From Fervidobacterium sp. (GTDB lineage Bacteria; Thermotogota; Thermotogae; Thermotogales; Fervidobacteriaceae): DNA of 64,000 bases. The stretch is taken from positions 1 to 64,000 of the forward strand of contig JBMFNR010000004.1 in the NCBI GenBank assembly GCA_049970055.1, read 5' to 3'. Below, piece by piece: positions 10,165 to 20,213 of this stretch. Positions within the stretch are counted from its first letter, which is position 1. Each line of letters starts with the position of its first letter. The notes below the pieces were generated by a model that was given only the letters and a program-made list of their open reading frames with translations, was not told where the DNA came from and searched no databases. Position numbers and translations under genes: made by a program.

Positions 10165-11037
10165 GTGAACAGCTCACCAATTTTATGTGTTAGAAACCTT
10201 CGTAAGTATTACCAAAATGTAAAAGCTGTTGATAGGATTTCGTTTGAAGTTTACCCAGGAGAAATAGTATCGATACTGGGACCAAATGGTGCAGGGAAAA
10301 CTACAACGATTGAGATTGTAGAGGGACTAAGGAAAAAGGATGAAGGAGAGATAACTTATTTTGGAAAGCACACGGAGATGAATGACCAAGTAAAAGATCG
10401 CATTGGTGCTTGTTTCCAAGAAAACTTTTTATTCGATGATCTCACTGTACTTGAAACTTTAAATTTATTCGCATCCATTTACTCAAAGCACCTACCAATT
10501 GATGAGATAATAGAGACTTTCGAACTTGGCGAAAAAAGAAAGACAAAAATCCGCTTTCTCTCCGGTGGGCAAAAGCAGAGACTTTCAGTGGCACTCGCTT
10601 TTATAAACGACCCGGATGTCGTTTTTCTTGACGAACCAACCGTTGGCTTGGATCCACATGCTCGAAGACATCTTTGGGATATAATACTTAATTTTAAATC
10701 CTTAGGTAAAGCTATAGTATTGACAACGCATTACATGGACGAAGCTCAACAGCTTTCCGATAAGGTTTACATAATGGACCAAGGTAAGATTATAGTGAGT
10801 GGAACACCGCACGAGCTGATTTTATCTTCCGAAATAAGTACTATAATTGAATTTCCACAAGAATATGCAAGGTTGTTTGACAATGTTGTGGTTGTCGGTG
10901 AATACGCTTACTTGTATACTTCCAACTCTGTTGAAACCATTGAAAAGCTTTTGAGCCTAAAGATTAACAACTTCGTTGTTAGACATCCCACTTTGGAGGA
11001 TGTATTTTTGAAGTTAACTGGAAAAAAGATAGAGTGA
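10165..11037 (+). CDS. ABC transporter ATP-binding protein (DrrA/CcmA-like)
   Basis: GPNGAGKTT, LSGGQKQR, LDEPT and TTHYMDEA motifs. Confidence 0.95.
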   Translation: MNSSPILCVRNLRKYYQNVKAVDRISFEVYPGEIVSILGPNGAGKTTTIEIVEGLRKKDEGEITYFGKHTEMNDQVKDRIGACFQENFLFDDLTVLETLNLFASIYSKHLPIDEIIETFELGEKRKTKIRFLSGGQKQRLSVALAFINDPDVVFLDEPTVGLDPHARRHLWDIILNFKSLGKAIVLTTHYMDEAQQLSDKVYIMDQGKIIVSGTPHELILSSEISTIIEFPQEYARLFDNVVVVGEYAYLYTSNSVETIEKLLSLKINNFVVRHPTLEDVFLKLTGKKIE

Positions 11038-11080
11038 TTAGAATGAATTAAAATGAAATTATATAAACTCGTAAAGATAT

Positions 11081-12196
11081 GTGAGTGGTGATCAAATGAA
11101 ATCCAGAAAAATAAAGAGCACACTTGTGATTTTCGAATCATTTTTCAAAATATTATTTTTACGCTCAAAAGAAGCAGTCTTTTGGTTAATTCTTTTTCCA
11201 ACAATATTGTTTTTAATTCTTACAACTATTTTTGGAAATACGCAGGAAAATGTGGAATTGAAAATAAAAATCGTTGGAAAAAGCCAGACACTTGAGAAAG
11301 TGCTTAAGAGCGTCCCACAACTAAATGTTGAGTTTCTGGATTCAAGTATGAATTTCAAAGCAATTCTCGAAAGAGAGGAAGCTGAAGCGATAGTAATTAT
11401 ACCTCAAAATTTTGACGAGAAGTATTCTTCTGCGCTTTTACTCAGAAAAACAAGATTTTTCGAACCAGTTCTCGTTGATGTTTATTATGCACCTGTGAGG
11501 CAGAGTTCAAAGATAGCGAAAGATGTATTGGTAAGTGTACTCACTTCGTTGGGAACATTAAGTGTTAGTATTGTTGAAGAACATGTTTTGTCTCAGAATT
11601 CTTACAATTACAATGATTTCGTATATCCAGGTGTCTTGGGCATGGCATTGTTGTCAGTTTTCTTATTTGGTTTTATGAACGACTTGGAGTATTTCAATAA
11701 AAGAAGAATGCTAAGAAGAATGAAGGTTGCACCGGTGAACCTTGTTGTTGTTTACCTAATGATGGCACTTGTGAATATTTTAGTGCTCTTCATAGGTATA
11801 GTCTCTTTATCGTTTTTTGCGTATTTGAAAGGAGTAGATATTGTTTCATATGCTAAAGTTTCTCTTTTCCATATTCTTCTTGCTTGTTTTGTTATGACTA
11901 TGTTTGTTTTGAGTCTCATGACGTTTTTCAAAAAATCGTCAAGTTTATTTGCTTTTCAACAGATATTCTTCCAGGTTCAAATGTTCGTTGGAGGGTTTTA
12001 TATACCGCTTAAATTTACGCATCCTGTTGTTCAAAATATAGCGAAGTTTCTCCCCATAACTTATACAGTCGATGCAATTAGAAAAGCAAAGTTTCTTAAT
12101 TCTATTGACCATGGACATTTGCTTGTACCAGTTTTGTATTTGCTTGCAACAAGTATAATAGTTCTAATTCGCTCAAAAAAATTATACGCTGATTAG
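11081..12196 (+). CDS. ABC-2 type transporter permease
   Basis: N-terminal TM, extracytoplasmic loop, several C-terminal TMs, FVGGFYIP and LPITY motifs. Confidence 0.85.
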   Translation: MSGDQMKSRKIKSTLVIFESFFKILFLRSKEAVFWLILFPTILFLILTTIFGNTQENVELKIKIVGKSQTLEKVLKSVPQLNVEFLDSSMNFKAILEREEAEAIVIIPQNFDEKYSSALLLRKTRFFEPVLVDVYYAPVRQSSKIAKDVLVSVLTSLGTLSVSIVEEHVLSQNSYNYNDFVYPGVLGMALLSVFLFGFMNDLEYFNKRRMLRRMKVAPVNLVVVYLMMALVNILVLFIGIVSLSFFAYLKGVDIVSYAKVSLFHILLACFVMTMFVLSLMTFFKKSSSLFAFQQIFFQVQMFVGGFYIPLKFTHPVVQNIAKFLPITYTVDAIRKAKFLNSIDHGHLLVPVLYLLATSIIVLIRSKKLYAD

Positions 12197-12199
12197 GTT

Positions 12200-13117
12200 G
12201 TGAAAGTTGGTATGTTGAGGATGGAAAAAAATATATTCATAATTTTTGCGATGCTTTTCGCTTTTTTTGGTATTTCTGTCTTCTTTTTTATGGTTTTCTA
12301 TTTCTTCCCAAGTTCTTCAGTTCATGTACTTTTTACGGAAGGTGCTCCTGTAACTGACGAGGTTTTAAATTTTATCAGGTCTTCAAGACAGTATCTTTAT
12401 ATTTCTGCACTTGATGTGAGCCATCCGAAAGTGATTTCAGAGCTAGTGAACCTTCAAAATAAGGGTATAGATATAAGAATTATATCAGAAAAACCAGCCT
12501 TAGGCCTTCCTTCGAAAGTTGATTATTCAAAAGGACTTCATCATGCAAAATTTATGGTAAATGAGAACGGAGTGGTATTTGGATCTGCAAATTTCACCGA
12601 AAGTGGTTTGGAAAGCGGGCTAAATGATGTTTTGTTCTTTCCGAACAGTTATTCGGACGATTTTAGGCAGTTTTTCTTAAACATGTGGGATAATAGTTTG
12701 GTGACAAAATTGGATGGTTTCCTTGTGTCACCGATAGACAAAGTAGAGGAAAGTGTAGTAAAATTATTGGAGAATGCACGTAAAAGAATATGGGTCTGCG
12801 TCTACGCATTCTCTGATGTGAATATACTCGCAGTATTGAAGTATAAAGCAAGTAAAGGAGTAGATGTAAGGATAATTACTGATAAGTGGTTCTACACAGG
12901 GCCGTTGAACAAAATTCCCTTGGAGAATTCAAAAATAGTTAGCGAAAGGATGTTGCATCACAAGTTTATAATTTTGGATAATAAGCTCATCACAGGTTCC
13001 ACGAACTACACGGAAAGTGGATTTCACAGAAATGTCGAACTAATTTGGATCACAAGTAATAAACGTATCTTAAAACAATACGAACGTATATTCTTATTAC
13101 TTTACAGTTACAGGTAG
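12200..13117 (+). CDS. Membrane-anchored phospholipase D-like (tandem HKD) protein
   Basis: HAKFMVNE...GSANF and HHKFIILD...GSTNY motifs, N-terminal TM. Confidence 0.85.
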   Translation: MKVGMLRMEKNIFIIFAMLFAFFGISVFFFMVFYFFPSSSVHVLFTEGAPVTDEVLNFIRSSRQYLYISALDVSHPKVISELVNLQNKGIDIRIISEKPALGLPSKVDYSKGLHHAKFMVNENGVVFGSANFTESGLESGLNDVLFFPNSYSDDFRQFFLNMWDNSLVTKLDGFLVSPIDKVEESVVKLLENARKRIWVCVYAFSDVNILAVLKYKASKGVDVRIITDKWFYTGPLNKIPLENSKIVSERMLHHKFIILDNKLITGSTNYTESGFHRNVELIWITSNKRILKQYERIFLLLYSYR

Positions 13118-13129
13118 GTGAGTTAAGAG

Positions 13130-14110
13130 TTGAATACACAAATTATTAGGGTAAAAGACCTTTATGATTTCGATATATCTTACGCATGTAATGTTTTAAA
13201 ATCTGGGGGACTTGTAGCCTTTCCAACGGAGACGGTCTACGGACTTGGCGCGCTTGCCACAGATAGCAGTGCGGTGAGAAAGATATTTAAAGTCAAAGGA
13301 AGACCATCTGATAACCCATTAATTGTACATTTGTCAAGTGTCGATGATATAAATCAAATTGCGTATCTTGATGAGAAATATTTAAAGGTCATCGAGAAAA
13401 TAACGCCGGGACCTATTACTTTTGTTTTAAAAAAGAAAGATGTAATCCCAAATGAAGTAACAGCTGGCTTACAGACAGTTGGTGTGAGAATACCAGCACA
13501 CCCAGTAGCACAAGCTCTCGCGAAATGCGTAGGTCCTATCGCAGCGCCAAGTGCCAACAGGTCAGGAAAGCCAAGCCCTACGGATGCAGATGCCGTTATA
13601 GAGGACTTACAGGGATTAGTTGAATGCATTATCGATGCTGGAGAGTGCGCTTTTGGCATTGAATCAACGATAGTTGATCTAACAAAAGATACACTGTTAC
13701 TTTTAAGGCCAGGCCCTATTACAATGGAAGATCTCACGGAACTATTTGGTAACGTTGAATTTTACCAAATTAAAGAAGGGGAAAAGCCATTAGCTCCAGG
13801 AATGAAATACAGACATTACGCACCAGAAAAACGTTTGGAAGTTGTAGAATCCTCAAGTTTGGTAAACTATATCAATACCGACGTTTTGATTTTGTGTACA
13901 AAAGAAACAAAAGAGAGGTTTCTTCCTAATGCAAGGAACGTACTTATCATAGGTGAGTTTGAGAAGCCTTATACGATCGCCCAAAATCTTTACCGTTCGT
14001 TTAGACAAATAGATAAGACTGATTATAAGTATGCTGTGATTGAAAAACTGCCAGAATATGGTATATTTTTCTCGATAATGAATAGAATAAAAAAGGCTAG
14101 TGCTAAATAA
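13130..14110 (+). CDS. sua5: L-threonylcarbamoyladenylate synthase (Sua5/TsaC2)
   Basis: [30 protein letters not shown] and [11 protein letters not shown] motifs. Confidence 0.95.
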   Translation: MNTQIIRVKDLYDFDISYACNVLKSGGLVAFPTETVYGLGALATDSSAVRKIFKVKGRPSDNPLIVHLSSVDDINQIAYLDEKYLKVIEKITPGPITFVLKKKDVIPNEVTAGLQTVGVRIPAHPVAQALAKCVGPIAAPSANRSGKPSPTDADAVIEDLQGLVECIIDAGECAFGIESTIVDLTKDTLLLLRPGPITMEDLTELFGNVEFYQIKEGEKPLAPGMKYRHYAPEKRLEVVESSSLVNYINTDVLILCTKETKERFLPNARNVLIIGEFEKPYTIAQNLYRSFRQIDKTDYKYAVIEKLPEYGIFFSIMNRIKKASAK

Positions 14111-14135
14111 AATAAAAAGCGAGGAGGCGGTAGAT

Positions 14136-14693
14136 TTGAGTAATTACGTTATGAACGATAATAATCAATGGTATTCTACAACAGTCTTGGCGGTAAGAAA
14201 AGGTGGCAAAGTTGTTATGGGAGCTGATGGCCAAGTGACATACGGTGCCACCATTATGAAAGCAAGTGCACGAAAAGTTAGAAAAATTGGTGATGGAAAT
14301 GTTCTAGCAGGTTTTGCAGGTTCTGTCGCTGATGCAATGACTTTACTCGAAAGGTTTGAAAACAAGTACAGAGAATGGAATGGCAACTTGTTAAAAGCCG
14401 CGATCGAATTGGCAAAAGATTGGAGATTGGACAGGGCATTAAGAAGGTTAGAAGCTATGTTGATCGTCTCTGACAGAGACCACCTGTTGGTACTTTCTGG
14501 AACGGGCGAAGTGATACAACCGGATGAGGACATCGCTGCGATAGGATCCGGTGGGCCTTACGCTTTAGCAGCAGCGAGAGCACTTTTAAGGAATACGGAT
14601 TTTGATGCGAAGACGATAGTTCAAGAGGCTATGAAGATAGCCAGTGAAATTTGTATCTATACAAATGAGAATATAATAATAGAAGAACTTTGA
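14136..14693 (+). CDS. hslV: ATP-dependent protease peptidase subunit HslV
   Basis: TTVLAV catalytic Thr, [20 protein letters not shown] and ICIYTN motifs. Probable TTG start at 14136 after GGAGG. Confidence 0.95.
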   Translation: MSNYVMNDNNQWYSTTVLAVRKGGKVVMGADGQVTYGATIMKASARKVRKIGDGNVLAGFAGSVADAMTLLERFENKYREWNGNLLKAAIELAKDWRLDRALRRLEAMLIVSDRDHLLVLSGTGEVIQPDEDIAAIGSGGPYALAAARALLRNTDFDAKTIVQEAMKIASEICIYTNENIIIEEL

Positions 14694-14727
14694 AAAGAAG
14701 TTTGAAGAAGAACATGGTGAGAAAAAG

Positions 14728-15009
14728 ATGGTTGTCGGATACGCGAATATACTCATAAGACTCTTTGGTATCAACTCACTGAAAGAGAAGAGAAGTGTAG
14801 TAAAAAGTTTAGTGAACGAACTTCAAAAGCGCTTTGAGATTTCTGTAATTGAGTCTGGAAAGCAGGATTCAAAGGACTACATTATGCTTGGTATCGCATT
14901 CGCAGCAATTTCAGAAAAAGATTGTGAGGCAAAAATGGATAGTATTGAGAATTTCCTGGAATTAATTCATACCGTAGAGGTATTTACCTACGATTTTCAC
15001 CATTTTTAG
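14728..15009 (+). CDS. DUF503 (YlxP-like) protein
   Basis: SLKEKRSVVKSL...RFEISVIE signature. Confidence 0.85.
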   Translation: MVVGYANILIRLFGINSLKEKRSVVKSLVNELQKRFEISVIESGKQDSKDYIMLGIAFAAISEKDCEAKMDSIENFLELIHTVEVFTYDFHHF

Positions 15010-15066
15010 AATATCTTTCATCGTAAATACTGTTGGAAATGCGATTGTGAAAGGCGGAGATCTTCA

Positions 15067-15645
15067 ATGTACAAAGACATTGTTTCATTTCTTGAAAAAG
15101 CTGTTGATATCTTAGTCGCGCCAGAGAGGAAACCACATGTGTATGGTGTTGTCGATTTCTGCGAAAAGCTTGCCAAAAGGTACGGTCTTGATAACGATAA
15201 GCTCAAAGTTATGGCGCTTGCTCATGACTTGTTTAGAGATGTTAGTACTAAAAGGCTGTTGAACATTGCAAAATACTACGATGTTGAGCTTAATGAATTA
15301 ACAAGAAAAAAACCAATTCTTTTGCATGGTTTTGTTGCAGCACAGTATCTCAAAAGAAGGTTTGGAATCACAGATGACGATGTCTTGATAGGTGTAGGTT
15401 ATCACACGTCGGGCCATCCAGATTTTGGTATATATTCAAAAGCACTTGCACTCGCCGATTCTTTGGAGTTGACAAGGGTGTATGAAAAAGTTAATCAACT
15501 GAGGGAATTAGCTTTTTACGATATTGATCTTGCCTTCAAAGAAATAATTAAAAACAAAATTATTTATGCAGTTAATTTCAATCTGTATGTTTTGCCGTAT
15601 ACTTTGGAGACTTGGAATAAGATCGTAGAGGAGGATGGAAAGTGA
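15067..15645 (+). CDS. yqeK: HD-domain Ap4A hydrolase YqeK-like
   Basis: H...HD...LLHG...YHTSG...ADSLE pattern. Confidence 0.8.
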   Translation: MYKDIVSFLEKAVDILVAPERKPHVYGVVDFCEKLAKRYGLDNDKLKVMALAHDLFRDVSTKRLLNIAKYYDVELNELTRKKPILLHGFVAAQYLKRRFGITDDDVLIGVGYHTSGHPDFGIYSKALALADSLELTRVYEKVNQLRELAFYDIDLAFKEIIKNKIIYAVNFNLYVLPYTLETWNKIVEEDGK

Positions 15646-16373
15646 AAACGAATAGAACTTATGTGGTAAGAAGGAAAAAAGAGCATCACTATGTTAAACC
15701 TGCTAGTATATTTATTCTTGTTATTTTGCTTGTCATAGGTTTATACGTTGGAGTTCGGGTAGTAGCGATTAAAAACTCCGAAGAATTTGATTTGAAAAAG
15801 TTATCTGTTTATTTTTTACGCACACCTGAGAGTAGTGAAACAGCGATCAACAACGACAATTTACAGAAGGTAGATTTGGCAGGTAAAATTATTATCGTTG
15901 ATGGTGAAAAAAGGGTAGTAAACGTAATTAATATACCAAAGCACCTTTACATATTTTCCAAAGGCATAGATGTGTCTAATTCTAACGCGCGTGACTTTGC
16001 GCTTTTTATGGTACAACTTCTTGGATTTAAACCAGATTACGTATACAGTGTGATATTAAAAAAAGACTACCTAAATAAGATCAATGTTGGAGGCTTGGAA
16101 GAATTGGTAAGCCACTACGGTAAGCAAGGACTTAGTTTGATTGATTACCTAACCATTAAATCTCACGTTTCGATTTTACGACCAGATTCAGTAATAACAG
16201 AATCCGCATTAGCAAAACTTTATTACAGCCTCGGTAGATTCAATATAAGAACGTATGAAGTTCCAACGATTACATCAAAACCGATAAAAATCATAGTTGG
16301 TGACAAAATTTACATAAGAACATACGCAGATGAAGAAAAGTTTGTAAACTTAATCAGTGAAATTAAAAGGTAA
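15642..16373 (+). CDS. Membrane-anchored hypothetical protein, possibly a divergent LCP (LytR/CpsA/Psr)-like protein
   Basis: Basic N-terminus plus a TM, IIIVD...VINIPKHLY segment, position after yqeK. Confidence 0.4.
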   Translation: MKTNRTYVVRRKKEHHYVKPASIFILVILLVIGLYVGVRVVAIKNSEEFDLKKLSVYFLRTPESSETAINNDNLQKVDLAGKIIIVDGEKRVVNVINIPKHLYIFSKGIDVSNSNARDFALFMVQLLGFKPDYVYSVILKKDYLNKINVGGLEELVSHYGKQGLSLIDYLTIKSHVSILRPDSVITESALAKLYYSLGRFNIRTYEVPTITSKPIKIIVGDKIYIRTYADEEKFVNLISEIKR

Positions 16374-16427
16374 GAAAAATGTCTAAAATATCTATGATAT
16401 CTGAGTATTAGACAACAAGGAGGGATC

Positions 16428-16895
16428 TTGATGCACGTGTTGTGGGCGAAAAGGTTATTTCTTGTAATGTTTTTATTTGTATTCTCAGTTTTGATATTTT
16501 CATTTGAACTAAGCCTAGGTACGATGTATTCGTTTAGCGGTAATTTCGTTTTTACAACGGAATTTACAACCTTGGGAATTTCTCAAAATGCACCTAACAC
16601 AACGAGTGGTTTTTCCACTTTATTCATAACGGATTTTGGTAATTATTACTTAGCTTTTGGAGGTATCGCAAAGTACACAGTAAAATTAGATTTCGGTACA
16701 ACAGCCCTATACGGGATGGGTGGTATGCTTGCACCATTAAATGGATTCGGCTTCGATAAGATAACGGGCATTGTTAGGATTGGGGCAAAGTACTATTTTG
16801 AAAACTTTTCTGTGAATTCCGGTATCTTTAGCTACTATTTAATTGATAACACGAAAGTTGAAGGAGTTGAATTTTCAGTTGGTTACAGTTTTTAG
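16428..16895 (+). CDS. Small putative outer-membrane beta-barrel protein
   Basis: Signal peptide ending LIFS, alternating beta-strand pattern, C-terminal VEFSVGYSF with terminal Phe. Confidence 0.55.
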   Translation: MMHVLWAKRLFLVMFLFVFSVLIFSFELSLGTMYSFSGNFVFTTEFTTLGISQNAPNTTSGFSTLFITDFGNYYLAFGGIAKYTVKLDFGTTALYGMGGMLAPLNGFGFDKITGIVRIGAKYYFENFSVNSGIFSYYLIDNTKVEGVEFSVGYSF

Positions 16896-16923
16896 ATGTG
16901 GCTTTTGTTGAAACATTTGATAA

Positions 16924-16937
16924 TGCAAAATTATGCA
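16924..16937. promoter_or_regulatory. Candidate ArgR (ARG box) operator
   Basis: TGCAAAATTATGCA, one mismatch to TGMATWWWWATKCA, about 110 nt upstream of argF. Confidence 0.5.
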
Positions 16938-17043
16938 GCGGTATGCTGATAGTTATGTGAGTTGAAAAGTTAGGTAATTTAAGGTATATATATAAACAGC
17001 TATTCAAAAACATGTTTGATTTATTCGAAGGAGGTTGTGGATT

Positions 17044-17985
17044 ATGGCAGTGAATATGAAAGGTAGGTCGCTTCTTTCGCTTATGGATAACAGTCCAGAA
17101 GAAATAAGGTATCTTTTGGATATTGCCAAACAAGTTAAAGCGGAAAGCAGAGCAGGCATCAGGCACCAAAGGTTTGTTGGAAAAACATTAGCACTGATTT
17201 TCGAAAAAAGGTCAACAAGGACAAGACTTGCTTTTGAAACCGCTTTTGCAGAAGAGGGTGGCCATCCAATATTCCTATCGATCCAAGATATTCAACTTGG
17301 TGCGAAAGAATCTATTGAAGATACGGCAAGAGTACTCGGTAGAATGGTTGACGCAATTGAATTCAGAGGATTTAAGCAAGAGACGGTAGAGCTTCTTGCA
17401 AAGTATTCTGGAGTTCCTGTTTACAATGGCTTGACTGATCTTTTCCACCCAACACAAGTGCTGGCAGATCTGCAAACGATCGAAGAGGAATTTGGGAAAC
17501 TGAAAGGTATAAAATTAGTTTTCATGGGAGATGGAAGAAACAACATGGCGAATTCTTTGATGGTTGGAGCCGCAAAAATGGGGATGCACTATGTAATATG
17601 TTCTCCGGAGTCTCTTAGACCAGAAAAATGGCTTGTTGACGAGTGCATGAAATTCGCAGCTGAAAGCGGCGCCAAAATCGAATTTACAGATAATCCGGAC
17701 GAAGCTGTGAAAGGGGCAGACGTTATTTATACAGACGTTTGGGCATCAATGGGAGAAGAAGATAAGGCAGCAGAAAGAAGAAAATTACTCCAACCATATC
17801 AAGTAAATGAAGCATTAATGAATAAGACAGGAAAGTCAGAAACAATATTCATGCACTGTTTACCGGCAGTGAAAGGTGAGGAAGTTACGTTTGAAGTTAT
17901 CGAAGGAAAGCAATCCAGGGTTTGGGATGAAGCGGAAAATAGAAAACATACAATTAAAGCAGTTTTAATTGCTACACTTCTTTGA
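17044..17985 (+). CDS. argF: Ornithine carbamoyltransferase
   Basis: STRTR, HPTQ, TDVWASMG, HCLP and AENRKH motifs. Confidence 0.97.
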   Translation: MAVNMKGRSLLSLMDNSPEEIRYLLDIAKQVKAESRAGIRHQRFVGKTLALIFEKRSTRTRLAFETAFAEEGGHPIFLSIQDIQLGAKESIEDTARVLGRMVDAIEFRGFKQETVELLAKYSGVPVYNGLTDLFHPTQVLADLQTIEEEFGKLKGIKLVFMGDGRNNMANSLMVGAAKMGMHYVICSPESLRPEKWLVDECMKFAAESGAKIEFTDNPDEAVKGADVIYTDVWASMGEEDKAAERRKLLQPYQVNEALMNKTGKSETIFMHCLPAVKGEEVTFEVIEGKQSRVWDEAENRKHTIKAVLIATLL

Positions 17986-18003
17986 TATATTATAGTAATT
18001 GAT

Positions 18004-18043
18004 AAACAAAAAGCGGAGAGATTACACTCTCCGCTTTTTGTTT
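18004..18043. terminator. Bidirectional intrinsic terminator between convergent argF and the PEPCK-like gene
   Basis: Perfect 17-bp inverted repeat AAACAAAAAGCGGAGAG-attaca-CTCTCCGCTTTTTGTTT. Confidence 0.9.
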
Positions 18044-18078
18044 AAAATAGGTAAAATAGATTAGTAAGTATTTAATTA

Positions 18079-19803
18079 TTAGTACATCCTCTCGATGATT
18101 TTATACAAAGTCTTAGCTGCCAAGTACGTGCCTTCTTTTTCGTAACCTTCTACTCCAAGCATTGTTCTTATTTCACCAACTCTAACACCTGTTTCAAACA
18201 TTTTTCTGAGGAATAATTGTGCGATTTTGTGATGTTCCTCTTTTCTTTGAACTGCTCCAAATGGATTTGCAAAATAGCTTTCAGTCATGCCTTCTTCGGA
18301 TGTTGTGCCTTTTGACATTCGTCTACCCGCAGAAAATACACTAATTGCATCTTCTACATTATCAAAGAATACTATCCTCTCTTCGTCACTTTTAACTTCC
18401 GTGTAATTGTTTGCATACAAGAAGAAGTCAATAGGTGTTGGAGTTATTATTTCTTTGTAATTATTGAATGGTACTATTACACGTGCGTTTATCTTATCAG
18501 GATTCATAAAAATACTTCTATCCATTGTGTAGTAAGCATATCCTGGTGGCAAATCGTCAAGTCTCACAAACGCACCCGTTTCTGTTCCATACGCAACAAC
18601 TCTTCCGTTAACGATATCAAGTGCCCCCATGTCATCAATGATTACATCGACGTAAGCAACTTCATCTAATCTGTTTAATGCATCTAATGTCTCACTCTTG
18701 CCGGCTCCACTATCACCTACAAACATAGCAACTGCACTTTTACCATTCTTTAAAACAATTTTTGCCATCGAACCATGAACAGGCAATTTTCCTTGGTCTA
18801 TTCTTATAAGGTTATGAATCGTGAGTATTGTTTTTTTCATATATCCAAAATAATCATTTTCATCCAAAGCGGGAATAACGCCTACGTATATATCCTTATC
18901 TTTAAATATAACTCCATTCTTCCACCTTTCTTGATAATCAGGTATGTTTTCAACGGGAAGGCCAAATACAAGGACACCTGAAACTTGCTTTCTTTTTATG
19001 TCGATGAAATCGGCAAACTGAAATAGGTTTCCAAGACCTGCCGCGTGTGATAGGAATTCCTTGTGAACATAAACGTACATCAGCAAATCTCCAACTAATA
19101 CAGGAACTAAGAACCAATCTCTTTCTTTATTTGGTAATTTGATGATACCGAGTACTTCTTTTTCAACAACAGGAAGCACTCCCTTTCTCTTATTTGACCT
19201 TGTGTAGAATATAACCGGTGGATCGAAGATAGCTCCCCATATGGTTGAGATACCTGAAAAGTTGCAAAAACGTTCTTCATTGCAGTTGTAATGATCAACT
19301 AAAAAAGTCACCTGCGCACCGCTTGGTAGTTGCCGTATAATATTCGTATTATCCGGCGCGACATTCTTCATTACTGTTCTATAAAGATTTCTCACAAGAT
19401 TTTTAAATTCTTCAGCGATCATTGTGGCTGTAAAGACAATGCTTGTCTTGCGTGCGTTGTCGATTGTGTAACTTTCCTTTTTTATCATAAACCTGTGTTT
19501 GTTTCTCCAAAACGAATAGAAAGATTCTATGAATTTTGCAAGGTCCTCTGGATTTACGTAATTTATTATCGTTGTAATCTCATTTATATCTCTTAAAGTT
19601 AAGAGATGTAGGTATTCAATAAAATGCCTTATATTGTATTCATCACCTATTCGAAATGCTTCGAGTGTTTTGAGAAGTGGGCTGCTGCGCTCCTTAAGAA
19701 AGTCAATGTATTCCCGAAGTAAACTTTCAAAACCCGGGTGACTTAAAATCTCACTCGAATCAGTGTAAACTATTGAACCATCAATAATTACACTTCTGCC
19801 CAT
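18079..19803 (-). CDS. PEP carboxykinase-like P-loop protein
   Basis: YFGYMKK, PVHGSM, GDSGAGKSE, IIDDM, GTETGAFVR and NARV occur in the order of the PEPCK catalytic motifs. Confidence 0.7.
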   Translation of the reverse strand: MGRSVIIDGSIVYTDSSEILSHPGFESLLREYIDFLKERSSPLLKTLEAFRIGDEYNIRHFIEYLHLLTLRDINEITTIINYVNPEDLAKFIESFYSFWRNKHRFMIKKESYTIDNARKTSIVFTATMIAEEFKNLVRNLYRTVMKNVAPDNTNIIRQLPSGAQVTFLVDHYNCNEERFCNFSGISTIWGAIFDPPVIFYTRSNKRKGVLPVVEKEVLGIIKLPNKERDWFLVPVLVGDLLMYVYVHKEFLSHAAGLGNLFQFADFIDIKRKQVSGVLVFGLPVENIPDYQERWKNGVIFKDKDIYVGVIPALDENDYFGYMKKTILTIHNLIRIDQGKLPVHGSMAKIVLKNGKSAVAMFVGDSGAGKSETLDALNRLDEVAYVDVIIDDMGALDIVNGRVVAYGTETGAFVRLDDLPPGYAYYTMDRSIFMNPDKINARVIVPFNNYKEIITPTPIDFFLYANNYTEVKSDEERIVFFDNVEDAISVFSAGRRMSKGTTSEEGMTESYFANPFGAVQRKEEHHKIAQLFLRKMFETGVRVGEIRTMLGVEGYEKEGTYLAAKTLYKIIERMY

Positions 19804-20213
19804 TTCATTCCCTCCTTCAAAAGGTACGAAAGTTTTTCTTTATCAACAAGATACAAATATCCCACTAATGCTTCGAAACCAGTACTTTCCTTATAAAAGC
19901 GGTCGTTACCGTGTTTTTTTGCACCTTTGCTGTTAATGCCCCTTCTTACTATGTTTCGCTCTTTTTCATCCAGTAATGGCATTATAGCGTTTAGTATCTT
20001 ACTTTGGCCTTGTCTTGAAACATATTTGCTTGCGCGATGATGTAGATCTGTAACTTTCAAATCAGCTAGTATGTACAGCTTTGCGTACAAGTTAAATACC
20101 GCATCACCAAGATAAGCTAAAGCATCTATTGACATTTCGTCTGGATTAACAGCAGGATTTGTAAATATTGATTCAAGCTGTTTCAATTCGTTCGACGTTC
20201 CTTGTTGCAACAA
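19788..20213 (-). CDS. mrnC: Mini-ribonuclease III
   Basis: LAYLGDAVF...STGFEALVGYL, no dsRBD; true start may be downstream of 20213. Confidence 0.9.
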   Translation of the reverse strand: MLQQGTSNELKQLESIFTNPAVNPDEMSIDALAYLGDAVFNLYAKLYILADLKVTDLHHRASKYVSRQGQSKILNAIMPLLDEKERNIVRRGINSKGAKKHGNDRFYKESTGFEALVGYLYLVDKEKLSYLLKEGMKWAEV

